Shown: positions 21,158 to 30,277 of the stretch, piece after piece
Layout of the letters: every line of letters begins with the position of its first letter
Numbering within the stretch: the stretch's first letter is position 1
Source: Piscirickettsiaceae bacterium
GTDB taxonomy: Bacteria > Pseudomonadota > Gammaproteobacteria > Methylococcales > Cycloclasticaceae
Length of the DNA stretch: 48,334 nucleotides
Reading direction: 5' to 3'
Assembly: GCA_002401365.1 (NCBI GenBank)
Contig: NVSW01000002.1
Span: 1-48,334 of the forward strand
Notes under the pieces: generated by a model
The model's input: the letters and a program-made list of their open reading frames with translations, nothing else
What the model was told of the DNA's origin: nothing
Databases searched by the model: none
Made by a program: the position numbers and the translations under genes

Positions 21158-22552
21158 ATGCCTGAAAGACAATTTAATTACAACACTGCTGATTCGGCGG
21201 AACTGTTGAGAATTCCACCTCATTCTTTGCAGGCTGAACAGTCCGTCATTGGTGGTCTTATGCTAGATAACCAATGTTGGGATGTGGTGGCAGATCAGGT
21301 GATAGCTGATGATTTTTATCGTAAGGATCATCGGTTGATTTTTGAAGCGATTTCAACGTTAGCACGCCTTGATGAGCCTTTTGATGTAGTTACTATTTCT
21401 GAAGTGCTGGAACAGTCTGGTGAGCTTGATAGTGTGGGAGGCCTGGCTTACTTGGGTACGTTGGCAAAAGACACCCCGAGTGCGGCAAATATTAAAAGTT
21501 ATGCAGATATCGTGCGCCAACGTTCTGTGCGTCGGCAACTAATTCATATCGGTAATGAAATTTCCGACTCAGGCTTTGATACTGAGGGTCGCGAAATTAG
21601 CGCGCTACTGGATGCGGCAGAAACGAAGGTATTTCAAATAGCCGAGCAGGGTGCAAAAGGACAAAAGGGTTTCGAGCCGATTAAAGATTTGTTAGGCAAA
21701 GCGGTTGATCGTATTACTGAGCTGCACGAGACGGGCGGGTCTATCACGGGTGTTAGCTCGGGGTTTAAAGATTTGGATGAAATGATGTCTGGGCTACAGC
21801 CTGCAGATTTAATTATTGTTGCGGGTAGACCTTCGATGGGTAAAACTAGTTTTGCGATGAATTTGGCCGAGAATGTAGGCATTCAAAGTGGTATGCCTGT
21901 GGCTGTGTTCAGTATGGAAATGCCTGGTGATTCTTTGGCGATGAGGATGATGTCATCACTTGGAAGAATTGACCAACATAAAGTACGAACGGGTCAACTG
22001 GATGATGATGAGTGGCCACGTATGCAATCGTCCATTAATTTGTTAGCAGAAGCAAAAATATTTATTGATGATACTGCTGCGCTAAGCCCAGTAGAAGTTC
22101 GTGCACGTGCCCGTAGACTGATGAAAGAACACGGTCAGTTAGGTTTAATCGTTTTAGATTATTTACAATTAATGCAGTCACCGTCTAGCAATGAAAGTCG
22201 GGTGGCCGAAATTTCGGATATTTCCCGTTCATTAAAGGCATTGGCGAAAGAATTAAATGTCCCGGTGGTTGCGCTTTCACAATTGAACCGTAACCTAGAG
22301 CAACGTCCCAATAAGCGCCCGGTGATGTCTGATTTAAGGGAGTCGGGCAGTATCGAGCAAGACGCGGATGTGATTATCTTTATTTATAGGGATGAAGTGT
22401 ATAACGATGAGTCACCAGAAAAAGGGGTGGCAGAAATCATTATTGGTAAGCAACGTAATGGTCCTATCGGTACTTGCCGTTTGACGTTCTTAGGGCAATA
22501 TACTCGGTTCGAGAATTATGCCCATGATCCTTATGCAGATGATGACTATTAG
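21158..22552 (+). CDS. dnaB: Replicative DNA helicase
   Basis: PPHSLQAEQSVIGGLML, AGRPSMGKT, LDYLQLM, SQLNR and SDLRESGSIEQDAD. No intein. Confidence 0.99.
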   Translation: MPERQFNYNTADSAELLRIPPHSLQAEQSVIGGLMLDNQCWDVVADQVIADDFYRKDHRLIFEAISTLARLDEPFDVVTISEVLEQSGELDSVGGLAYLGTLAKDTPSAANIKSYADIVRQRSVRRQLIHIGNEISDSGFDTEGREISALLDAAETKVFQIAEQGAKGQKGFEPIKDLLGKAVDRITELHETGGSITGVSSGFKDLDEMMSGLQPADLIIVAGRPSMGKTSFAMNLAENVGIQSGMPVAVFSMEMPGDSLAMRMMSSLGRIDQHKVRTGQLDDDEWPRMQSSINLLAEAKIFIDDTAALSPVEVRARARRLMKEHGQLGLIVLDYLQLMQSPSSNESRVAEISDISRSLKALAKELNVPVVALSQLNRNLEQRPNKRPVMSDLRESGSIEQDADVIIFIYRDEVYNDESPEKGVAEIIIGKQRNGPIGTCRLTFLGQYTRFENYAHDPYADDDY

Positions 22553-22573
22553 CAATGATAATTGAGGTTGTTA

Positions 22574-23665
22574 GTGTCTAGTGCGACGGGTGCTTGTATC
22601 AATTTAAATGCCCTGAGACATAATTTGGCTGTTGCCAGAAAAGCAGCTTTTCAAGCAAAATTCATGGTGGTTATTAAAGCAAATGCATATGGGCACGGCA
22701 TGGTTAACGTTGCTCAGGCACTGACGGATGCTGATGCATTTGCTGTTGCACGTGTGGATGAAGCGGTTGTATTACGGCAGGCCAATATTAAAATACCCAT
22801 TGTTGTTTTAAGTGGTTATGCGGATAAAAGTGAGCTGACCATATGCAGTAATTTAAATTTAGATGTAGTGATTCATTGTGAAGCACAAGTCGAATTGCTA
22901 AAGGCAGCAACGTTAATTAATCCACTAACAGTATGGTTAAAGATTAATACAGGAATGAATCGTTTAGGATTCAACGCAGATGATGTGCTCAGAGTGAGTG
23001 CCAGCTTAGGGTTATTAAAGAACACTTGCCAACCCGTAAAATTGATGACCCACTTGGCATGTGCGGACGATGTTAATGCAGAAATGACCGAGCAGCAAAT
23101 AGCGCTTTTTGATGAGTTGGTTTCAGGTCTGGAAGGTGAGCAGAGTATTGTTAATTCTGCAGGGCTTCTTGGCTGGTCTTATGCGCAACGGCATTGGGTA
23201 AGACCTGGCATTATGATATATGGAGCAAGCCCTTTTCGTAATACAGCAGCGTCAGATGATGAACTTATGCCAGTGATGACACTGAAAAGTACGGTGCTAT
23301 CACTTAGACACGTTAAAAAAGGCCAACGAGTTGGTTATGGTGCAACATGGCTGGCTACAAAAACCAGTTTAATTGCCACGGTTGGTATCGGCTATGGGGA
23401 TGGTTACCCTCGGCACGCAGCCAGTGGTACGCCCATTTTGATCAATGGGCAAAGAGCTTCTTTGGTTGGACGAGTGTCGATGGATTCTATTACTGTCGAT
23501 GTAAGTGGCTATCAAAATGTTAACGTCGGTGATGACGTAATATTATGGGGTGATGGGCTGCCTATCGAAGAGATTGCCGAGGCCAGCGAAACAATTTCTT
23601 ATGACTTAATGTGCGGTGTAACCGATAGAGTGCCACGCCACTATATGGGTGCAATCAATGGTTAG
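22574..23665 (+). CDS. alr: Alanine racemase
   Basis: VIKANAYGHG (PLP lysine), KINTGMNRLG, VRPGIMIYG, GYGDGYPR and GRVSMD. GTG 22574 has a GAGGT SD; TTG 22562 is the alternative. Confidence 0.96.
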   Translation: MSSATGACINLNALRHNLAVARKAAFQAKFMVVIKANAYGHGMVNVAQALTDADAFAVARVDEAVVLRQANIKIPIVVLSGYADKSELTICSNLNLDVVIHCEAQVELLKAATLINPLTVWLKINTGMNRLGFNADDVLRVSASLGLLKNTCQPVKLMTHLACADDVNAEMTEQQIALFDELVSGLEGEQSIVNSAGLLGWSYAQRHWVRPGIMIYGASPFRNTAASDDELMPVMTLKSTVLSLRHVKKGQRVGYGATWLATKTSLIATVGIGYGDGYPRHAASGTPILINGQRASLVGRVSMDSITVDVSGYQNVNVGDDVILWGDGLPIEEIAEASETISYDLMCGVTDRVPRHYMGAING

Positions 23666-25022
23666 CAAAGCAAAGGTTATATATAGCTGTCGTGAATGTG
23701 GTGCGAACGCAAACAAATGGTCTGGACAATGCCAAGACTGTAATGCGTGGAATACCCTTGAAGAGGCAAGCGCACCCAGCTCATCTAAAAACAACCGGTT
23801 TAGTGGTTATGCTGATCAAGGCTTATCAGCAGAAGTAGAAAATTTATCAGAGATAAAATCCGGACAACTTACAAGAATAGGGAGCGGTCTTGATGAGCTT
23901 GATCGCGTGCTTGGTGGGGGGATTGTGCCTGGCTCAGCTATTTTAATAGGTGGTGATCCGGGGATAGGAAAATCGACGTTGTTATTACAAACAATGGCAT
24001 CACTCAGTCAACGAACAAATACTCTTTATGTGAGTGGTGAAGAATCAGCGCAGCAGGTGAGCATGCGCGCGACTAGGCTTCAGTTGCAGGTTGATAAGGT
24101 TAAGATATTGTGCGAAATATCGCTAGAAACAATTCTGGCCACCGCAGAAAAATTATCATCGGATGTTTTGGTGATCGACTCAATCCAAACAGTGTTTACC
24201 GATGAGCTACAGTCGGCGCCAGGTTCGGTAGGGCAAGTGAGGGAGTGTGCAGCTCGGCTTGTGCGTTTCGCAAAACGTACTAATACAACTATTTTCTTAA
24301 TAGGTCATGTGACTAAAGAGGGTGCGATTGCGGGCCCGCGGGTATTGGAGCATATGGTGGATTCGGTGCTATATTTTGAAGGTGATTCAGGTAGTCGATT
24401 CAGAATGATACGCGCTATCAAAAATAGATTTGGTGCGGTTAACGAGTTGGGCGTGTTTGCAATGACTGAAAAAGGATTGCGAGAAGTGAGCAACCCATCG
24501 GCTATATTTCTTTCAAGGCATGAACAGGAGGTGCCGGGTAGCGTGGTGATGGTGACACGTGAAGGCTCTAGGCCATTATTGGTTGAAGTTCAGGCATTAG
24601 TTGATGAAAGTCATTCGGGGAATCCACGTCGTGTTACGGTCGGTATGGACCAGAATAGGTTAGCGATGTTGCTAGCTATTTTGCACCGGCACGGGCAGTG
24701 CTCGCTACTCGATCAAGATATATTTGTTAATATTGTCGGCGGTTTAAGGGTAATGGAAACGGGAGGTGACCTTGCCGTTGTTGCCGCATTACTGTCGAGT
24801 TTTAAATCAAAAAATATTGCTAAAGACTGGGTTGTTTTTGGCGAACTGGGGTTGTCGGGCGAAGTGAGGCCAGTGCCTAATGGGGAAGAACGTTTGCGCG
24901 AGGCCGCAAAGCATGGTTTCAAAGTAGCTATTGCGCCAAAGGGGAATATTCCAAAGGGCGGTATTCCAGGGTTAGAGATAAAGCAGGTTAGTATCCTACG
25001 AGATGCACTTGAATATTTCTAA
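23658..25022 (+). CDS. radA: DNA repair protein RadA/Sms
   Basis: C4 zinc finger CRECG..WSGQCQDC, GDPGIGKST, KNRFG and a Lon-like C-terminal domain. Confidence 0.98.
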   Translation: MVSKAKVIYSCRECGANANKWSGQCQDCNAWNTLEEASAPSSSKNNRFSGYADQGLSAEVENLSEIKSGQLTRIGSGLDELDRVLGGGIVPGSAILIGGDPGIGKSTLLLQTMASLSQRTNTLYVSGEESAQQVSMRATRLQLQVDKVKILCEISLETILATAEKLSSDVLVIDSIQTVFTDELQSAPGSVGQVRECAARLVRFAKRTNTTIFLIGHVTKEGAIAGPRVLEHMVDSVLYFEGDSGSRFRMIRAIKNRFGAVNELGVFAMTEKGLREVSNPSAIFLSRHEQEVPGSVVMVTREGSRPLLVEVQALVDESHSGNPRRVTVGMDQNRLAMLLAILHRHGQCSLLDQDIFVNIVGGLRVMETGGDLAVVAALLSSFKSKNIAKDWVVFGELGLSGEVRPVPNGEERLREAAKHGFKVAIAPKGNIPKGGIPGLEIKQVSILRDALEYF

Positions 25023-25378
25023 CCGGAACTGCTGAGTGCTTGTAGATTGCGTTCTAGTAATGTTGAATTACCAATATTTAGCTCAACTAAGCGCCTTAAA
25101 TAAGTAATGCTGTCTAGGTCAATATTGGTAAAGTGAAAACCAATATGTGACTTTTCATTTATAAATATCACCTGCGCGTCTGCTTTAATTACAAAGTCGG
25201 TATCTAGGCCGATACTTAGCCCAACCGTATCAGCGATGTTAAGGTTACTTGGCCCATCCACAAGGCAGCCTTTTAAGGAAATATCTAGCAGGTTGCAGGT
25301 GTAGGGGGCAGTGTTAGCCAATTTGATAACAGTGTTTGCATCATAAAAAATGCGTTGAAATAGCCGCTTCTCATTCAT
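25019..25378 (-). CDS. Single-domain PilZ c-di-GMP receptor, PA4608/MapZ-like
   Basis: Intact RxxxR (RLFQR) and DxSxxG (DISLKG). The C-terminus IDLDSITYLRRLVELNIG..LLER matches the MapZ family, and the gene is adjacent to radA as in Pseudomonas. Confidence 0.9.
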   Translation of the reverse strand: MNEKRLFQRIFYDANTVIKLANTAPYTCNLLDISLKGCLVDGPSNLNIADTVGLSIGLDTDFVIKADAQVIFINEKSHIGFHFTNIDLDSITYLRRLVELNIGNSTLLERNLQALSSSG

Positions 25379-25403
25379 CGTCTAGTCGGCTTTAATGAAG
25401 TGG

Positions 25404-26024
25404 TTATTCAAAAAAGAAGACAAACTTTTGGTTTCCGATACGAAGTTTAGTATTGTCTTCCAATTTGGCCTCATTGTCTGTTAACTCGTTATCAATGCAT
25501 ATTTCAACATCATCAATTAGCTTGGATACAAAATAGCCGCTTTGTCGCTTTGCAATAATCGCGGGTACTTGGCCGTCATTTTTAATTTCGGTTAATGCTG
25601 AGTTTAAACTGATAACACGGCCAATGTCCGCCCCGTTCAATATTTGCAAATTAGCTGTAAGCAACGTCTGCTTTTTAGCTGGTTTTTCCTCATCATTTGT
25701 GACGTTTTTATTTTGCGGAAGGTTGCCATAATCGATTACATCATCAGTAAATAATAACTCATGTTTTCCAAGATGGATTCGATCACCGTTTGTTAATGGT
25801 TGTTTGTCAACCGGCTTGCCGTTTAGAAAAGAGGGCAGTTGTTCAGAAACATTTTCCACATAAAATTGCTTACCTTCATAGCTGATTGCTAGGTGTGTTG
25901 GGGCAACAGCTAAACTATCAATTGAGAAGGTGTTACTTGGGTCTCTACCAATGGTGGAATCTTCTTCATTTAAGTGAAAGACTCTTACAATTTTATTTTT
26001 AAAATGAAGGGTGAACTTAGCCAT
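25404..26024 (-). CDS. FHA-domain protein (two FHA-like modules, degenerate)
   Basis: TIGRDPSN..IDSLAVAPTH..FLNG..LTNGDRIHLGKHEL, plus a second module LQILNGADIG..IAKRQSGYF..LRIGNQKFVFF. Confidence 0.85.
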   Translation of the reverse strand: MAKFTLHFKNKIVRVFHLNEEDSTIGRDPSNTFSIDSLAVAPTHLAISYEGKQFYVENVSEQLPSFLNGKPVDKQPLTNGDRIHLGKHELLFTDDVIDYGNLPQNKNVTNDEEKPAKKQTLLTANLQILNGADIGRVISLNSALTEIKNDGQVPAIIAKRQSGYFVSKLIDDVEICIDNELTDNEAKLEDNTKLRIGNQKFVFFFE

Positions 26025-26093
26025 GCTATCCAGTCTTTAAATTATCAGTTTAAGTATAGTTGAGAAAAAAGAAAAATGTGTGGCTAGTCATAA

Positions 26094-27341
26094 TCATAGT
26101 GTTTTTATTAGCTTGATTGCATTCCCTTCCATTTGAATGATTTCTAGAGGGCGATTATATAGTTTTAAACTAGTTCCTGGTTCAGGAATAGCTTCTAAAT
26201 ATTCAATGATAAGTCCGTTTAACGTTTTCGGCCCCGATGTAGGTAGATCCCAATTTAGCGAACGATTAAGTTCACGAATAGTAATGTTTGCGCTAATTAA
26301 AAGCGAGCCATCGTCTTTTCTCTGTATATCAGGAGAACTATCCGATGGGTCGGTGGTGAATTCTCCAATAACGACTTCCAAAACATCTTGCAACGTTATA
26401 ATGCCCAAAATCACGCCATATTCATTTACTACCATGGCAAAACGTCGTTTGTTTTTTTGAAAATTAATGAGTTGTTGATAAAGACTGGTGTTATTAGGTA
26501 TGAAGTAGGGATTTGCACTAAGCTTAGCTAGCTCTTTAATGTTTATATTGTGTTTAAAAAGCATGCTGGTAACATCTTTTATTCTTATAACACCTTGAAT
26601 ATTATCAATGTTTTCATTAAAAATGGGTAAGTTTGAATAGGAAGAGTTCAGTAGCTGCTTTTCTATTTCGTTGATGTCATCACTGAGGTCAATGCCGTTA
26701 ATTTCATTGGTCGGCGTCATGATGTCCTCAACGGTTGAGTGTTCCAAATCAAGAATACCCAATAGCATTGCTTTATGTTGCGAAGGAATGAGTTCGCCTG
26801 CTTCGGTGACAACGGTGCGTAGCTCATCAGTTTGCATTGAATCAACGGTATTTTGGTTGATATTAATACCAAATAATTTAAGCAATTGATTCGATAAGCT
26901 GTTTATAAGCCAAACGATGGGATAAAGGACTTTAAGTAGTGGGGTGTAGATAATTGCAGCTGGAAACGCAAGCCGTTCGGGGTGAAATGCAGCCCAAGTT
27001 TTTGGTGCGACTTCAGAAAAAATAAGAATTATAAATGTCAGTAGTCCTGCTGCAATAGCAATACCCGACTCACCATATAATTTCAGGGCAATAATAGTCG
27101 CGATGGAAGAGGCGAAAATATTAATGAAATTATTGCCCAATAATATCAGGCCAATAAGACGATCGGGTCTTTGTAGGAGCTTGTGTGCTAGTTCTGCACC
27201 TAGCCGTTTGTTTTTTATATGGTGCAGCAGACGATAGCGGTTTAACCGCATTAATGCGGTTTCAGAACCTGAAAAAAATGCAGACAGGATGATAAGTAAA
27301 ACTAAAATGCCGAACAGGGCATTAATCGATAAGTCAGTCAA
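26094..27341 (-). CDS. HlyC/CorC family (CNNM-CBS-CorC) Mg2+/Co2+ transporter
   Basis: SAFFSGSETALM, LILLGNNFINI, FSEVAPKT, a CBS pair and GPKTLNGLIIEYLEAIP; TTG start. Confidence 0.93.
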   Translation of the reverse strand: MTDLSINALFGILVLLIILSAFFSGSETALMRLNRYRLLHHIKNKRLGAELAHKLLQRPDRLIGLILLGNNFINIFASSIATIIALKLYGESGIAIAAGLLTFIILIFSEVAPKTWAAFHPERLAFPAAIIYTPLLKVLYPIVWLINSLSNQLLKLFGININQNTVDSMQTDELRTVVTEAGELIPSQHKAMLLGILDLEHSTVEDIMTPTNEINGIDLSDDINEIEKQLLNSSYSNLPIFNENIDNIQGVIRIKDVTSMLFKHNINIKELAKLSANPYFIPNNTSLYQQLINFQKNKRRFAMVVNEYGVILGIITLQDVLEVVIGEFTTDPSDSSPDIQRKDDGSLLISANITIRELNRSLNWDLPTSGPKTLNGLIIEYLEAIPEPGTSLKLYNRPLEIIQMEGNAIKLIKTL

Positions 27342-27459
27342 AATGTAAGGCCGATAGTGCTGTTAACGTCAATTAAAGGAGTAAGCATGGGTGCCGTTAT
27401 GATAGCGCATAATATTTAGCTTTATATGAAAAATTTTCTGCAGGAAATGCCCACTAAGC

Positions 27460-27497
27460 GTCATTTTTTTGACATACTGTAGTTTGTATCAAACAAT
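27460..27497 (+). promoter_or_regulatory. fleQ sigma70 promoter overlapped by a FleQ-type operator
   Basis: The palindrome GTCATTTTTTTGAC (27460-27473, GTCA-N6-TGAC) overlaps TTGACA (27469-27474), followed 17 bp later by AACAAT. Confidence 0.65.
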
Positions 27498-27517
27498 AGA
27501 AATTACTTTGTAAATTT

Positions 27518-28966
27518 ATGTCGATAAAAAATGTATTATTAATTGATGACAACGAACATAGGTCTGCTGAGATTACCGCGGTTATGAGCTTTCTTGATTA
27601 TAGTGTTAAAAAAGCGTCGATCTCAGATGTTATAAAACATGACATGCTGAAAGAGCCAGCATTAATTATTTTGTATGAGGGTGCGGCTTACACTGAAGTT
27701 GCTATCAAGGAGCTTTTTGAAAAAAACAAAATCCAACAGCCATTTTTGTACCTTTACGATAAGGGTAAGAGCCCCTCGGTGCCTAAGTCATTAAAAAGAT
27801 ACATGGTGCCATCAGAATGGCCGAGTAATTACCAACGTTTAATTGAGGGCTTAAGGAAGGTGCAAGTTGCTACAGGCGAACTTAATGACGAGGTTTCGCA
27901 GCGCGCATCAGAGCTGTTTCGTAGCCTAGTAGGCAATAGCCAAGAAGTGCAAAGAGTTAGGCAGTTGATTCAACAGGTGTGTGTGACTGACGCAACAGTG
28001 CTAATTCTGGGGGAGTCAGGCACGGGTAAAGAAGTTATTGCGCGAAATATTCATTATCACTCAAATCGAAGAAATAAAGCATTTGTACCTATTAATTGCG
28101 GTGCGATTCCAGGAGAGTTACTGGAAAGCGAGCTATTTGGCCACGAAAAAGGTGCATTTACGGGTGCAATTACGGCGCGCCAAGGACGGTTTGCATTGGC
28201 AGAGGGTGGCACATTGTTTTTAGATGAAATTGGTGATATGCCGTTGCAGATGCAAGTAAAAATGCTAAGAGTATTACAAGAAAGGGTGTATGAAAGAGTC
28301 GGTAGTGATAAATCCGTTGCTTGCGATGTTCGGGTCATTGCTGCTACACACCGTGATTTAAAAGTAGAAATTGAAAAGGGTGAGTTTAGGGAAGACTTAT
28401 TCTACCGCTTAGATGTATTTCCTATTGAAATTGCTCCATTACGCGCCCGAACAGATGACATTCCCGTATTGGTGGGAGAGTTGGTTCAGCGCATTGAACA
28501 TGATAATAAGGGCTCAGTCCGTTTTACTTCAGCGGCAATGATGGCGATGTGCCAACACGATTGGCCAGGTAATGTGCGTGAGTTGGCTAATATAATAGAG
28601 CGTTTAGCGATTATTCATGCTTATGGTGTTGTTGACGTTAAGGATCTTCCCGAAAAATTTCATGTTTATTCCGCTGATATATTACAGCCGCATGATGGGA
28701 TGGTTTTGCAAGAAGATTTTCTCTCTCCAGCAACAATTCCAGAGGCTTCTATTGCTGCACTAACGCCGTCAAATATGGTAAATATTTTGCCCGCACAGGG
28801 CTTAAACCTAAAAGAGCATATGAATACTCTCGAGTGTTCCCTTATCCAGCAGGCGCTGGATGAGACCAGTGGTGTTGTTGCTCACGCGGCAAAACGGCTG
28901 AATATGCGTCGTACGACCTTGGTTGAAAAAATGCGTAAACATAATCTTCATCGCCAAGATGCTTAA
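27518..28966 (+). CDS. fleQ: Sigma54-dependent flagellar master regulator FleQ/FlrA
   Basis: FleQ N-domain, [29 protein letters not shown] and [14 protein letters not shown]; precedes fleSR. Confidence 0.95.
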   Translation: MSIKNVLLIDDNEHRSAEITAVMSFLDYSVKKASISDVIKHDMLKEPALIILYEGAAYTEVAIKELFEKNKIQQPFLYLYDKGKSPSVPKSLKRYMVPSEWPSNYQRLIEGLRKVQVATGELNDEVSQRASELFRSLVGNSQEVQRVRQLIQQVCVTDATVLILGESGTGKEVIARNIHYHSNRRNKAFVPINCGAIPGELLESELFGHEKGAFTGAITARQGRFALAEGGTLFLDEIGDMPLQMQVKMLRVLQERVYERVGSDKSVACDVRVIAATHRDLKVEIEKGEFREDLFYRLDVFPIEIAPLRARTDDIPVLVGELVQRIEHDNKGSVRFTSAAMMAMCQHDWPGNVRELANIIERLAIIHAYGVVDVKDLPEKFHVYSADILQPHDGMVLQEDFLSPATIPEASIAALTPSNMVNILPAQGLNLKEHMNTLECSLIQQALDETSGVVAHAAKRLNMRRTTLVEKMRKHNLHRQDA

Positions 28967-29002
28967 CCGCCTATTATTTGACGCAGGTCTAATATGGACT
29001 CA

Positions 29003-29048
29003 TAACTTATTGAATTAACTGTATAAAAAAACTGGAATGGTTTTTGCA
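29003..29048 (+). promoter_or_regulatory. Sigma54 -24/-12 promoter of fleS with an upstream IHF site
   Basis: TGGAATGGTTTTTGCA with GG at 29034-35 and GC at 29046-47 (correct spacing). TAACTTATTGAAT (29003-29015) is the reverse complement of an IHF WATCAANNNNTTR site with 1 mismatch. Confidence 0.8.
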
Positions 29049-29083
29049 TTGAGTGTTACATCGCAATTTTGTAACAATATTGT

Positions 29084-30277
29084 ATGAGACAAATAGCCAG
29101 AATTGAACCGGTTAGCAAAAAATTACCATTGGAAGATGCGTTTCTCGCGTTCACCCAAGTTTCTGAGCGCTTAACCGCGTCGTACCAGTTGCTTGAGCAG
29201 CAGGTGACTAGCCTGAGTGAGGAGTTGGCAAATGCTAATACCGATAAACGTCGACACCTAGCTGAGAAAGAGCTGCTTGCAGAGCAACTGTCGAGTTTAT
29301 TGGAGTCTTTGCCAGGAGCAGTGATTGCTGTGGATGTGGCTGGTTATATCGTCAAAGCAAATGCGTGTGCGAGAGAGTGGTTTACAGAAGCACTGATATC
29401 TCAGCGCTGGACATTAGTTAAGCAGCAATATTTATTTAATTCATATCAGCTAGAAAATGAGTATTCACTTGAAAATGGCCGAGTTATTGCGCTGTCTAAA
29501 ACAGAACTAAACGTCCAAGAAGGTTTCGTTATCTTGCTTACCGATATTACTAAGCAACGTGAACTTCATCAACAATTGGAGCATAAGAAAAAACTGGCGG
29601 CATTGGGTGAGTTTTCTGCTGGAATTGCACATCAAATTCGTACCCCGTTAAGTTCAGCATTATTATATGCATCACAGCTAAACCTTGTTGGTATAGAGCC
29701 CGTTAAACAAAAAAAATATACGAAACGGTTGCTAGAAAGGCTTCGCCATATTAATACGCAAGTGACGGACATGCTTAGCTTCGCCCACAAAGGACATTTT
29801 AAAAAGGCCGTCTATAACCTGCAAAACATCTCAATGCAGCTAGCTAATTTTTATAAGCCTGATATTAAGAGATTGTCTATTGAGAGTCTGTCAATACCAC
29901 CTAATGCGTCCGTTGAAATTAGTAAAACGGCGCTGTTTGGGGCAATAGATAACTTAATTAACAATGCGTTTGATGCTATAGACGACGATGGACACGTGAC
30001 CTGTCTTTTAAGAATAGAGAACAGATGTTTGATAATCACGGTAACAGATCAAGGCATTGGTTTGAGTGATGCAGAAATTAACCAAGTTTTTGAACCGTTC
30101 TATACCAATAAACCCAAGGGGACAGGTTTAGGTTTAGCCGTCGTCAGGGAGGTGGTTAAAGCGCATGGCGGTGAAATCATATGCGTATCGAACCCAGGTT
30201 TAGGAACCACATTCAAAATGCGCTTGCCAGTGTTGGCAAGAGTAGAAGAAACAATAAATATAGAGGAGTATTCATGA
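29084..30277 (+). CDS. fleS: Flagellar sensor histidine kinase FleS/FlrB
   Basis: N-terminal coiled coil, PAS-like region, H-box AHQIRTPL, NLINNA, DQGIG, FEPFYT and GTGLGL; no TM helix. Confidence 0.93.
   Translation: MRQIARIEPVSKKLPLEDAFLAFTQVSERLTASYQLLEQQVTSLSEELANANTDKRRHLAEKELLAEQLSSLLESLPGAVIAVDVAGYIVKANACAREWFTEALISQRWTLVKQQYLFNSYQLENEYSLENGRVIALSKTELNVQEGFVILLTDITKQRELHQQLEHKKKLAALGEFSAGIAHQIRTPLSSALLYASQLNLVGIEPVKQKKYTKRLLERLRHINTQVTDMLSFAHKGHFKKAVYNLQNISMQLANFYKPDIKRLSIESLSIPPNASVEISKTALFGAIDNLINNAFDAIDDDGHVTCLLRIENRCLIITVTDQGIGLSDAEINQVFEPFYTNKPKGTGLGLAVVREVVKAHGGEIICVSNPGLGTTFKMRLPVLARVEETINIEEYS

Noticed and set aside
21158-22552. Possible intein in DnaB
   Set aside because: Normal length (464 aa) with uninterrupted motifs.
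27336-27381. Further GTCAA half-sites near the corC start as extra FleQ boxes
   Set aside because: Only one half-site matches in each case, which is too weak to call.
30181-30273. Longer fleR start in the ORF track, and likewise 33655 for fliG and 43150 for the lipoprotein
   Set aside because: The downstream ATGs show stop/start coupling, an SD or an intact signal peptide, while the extensions overlap the upstream genes.
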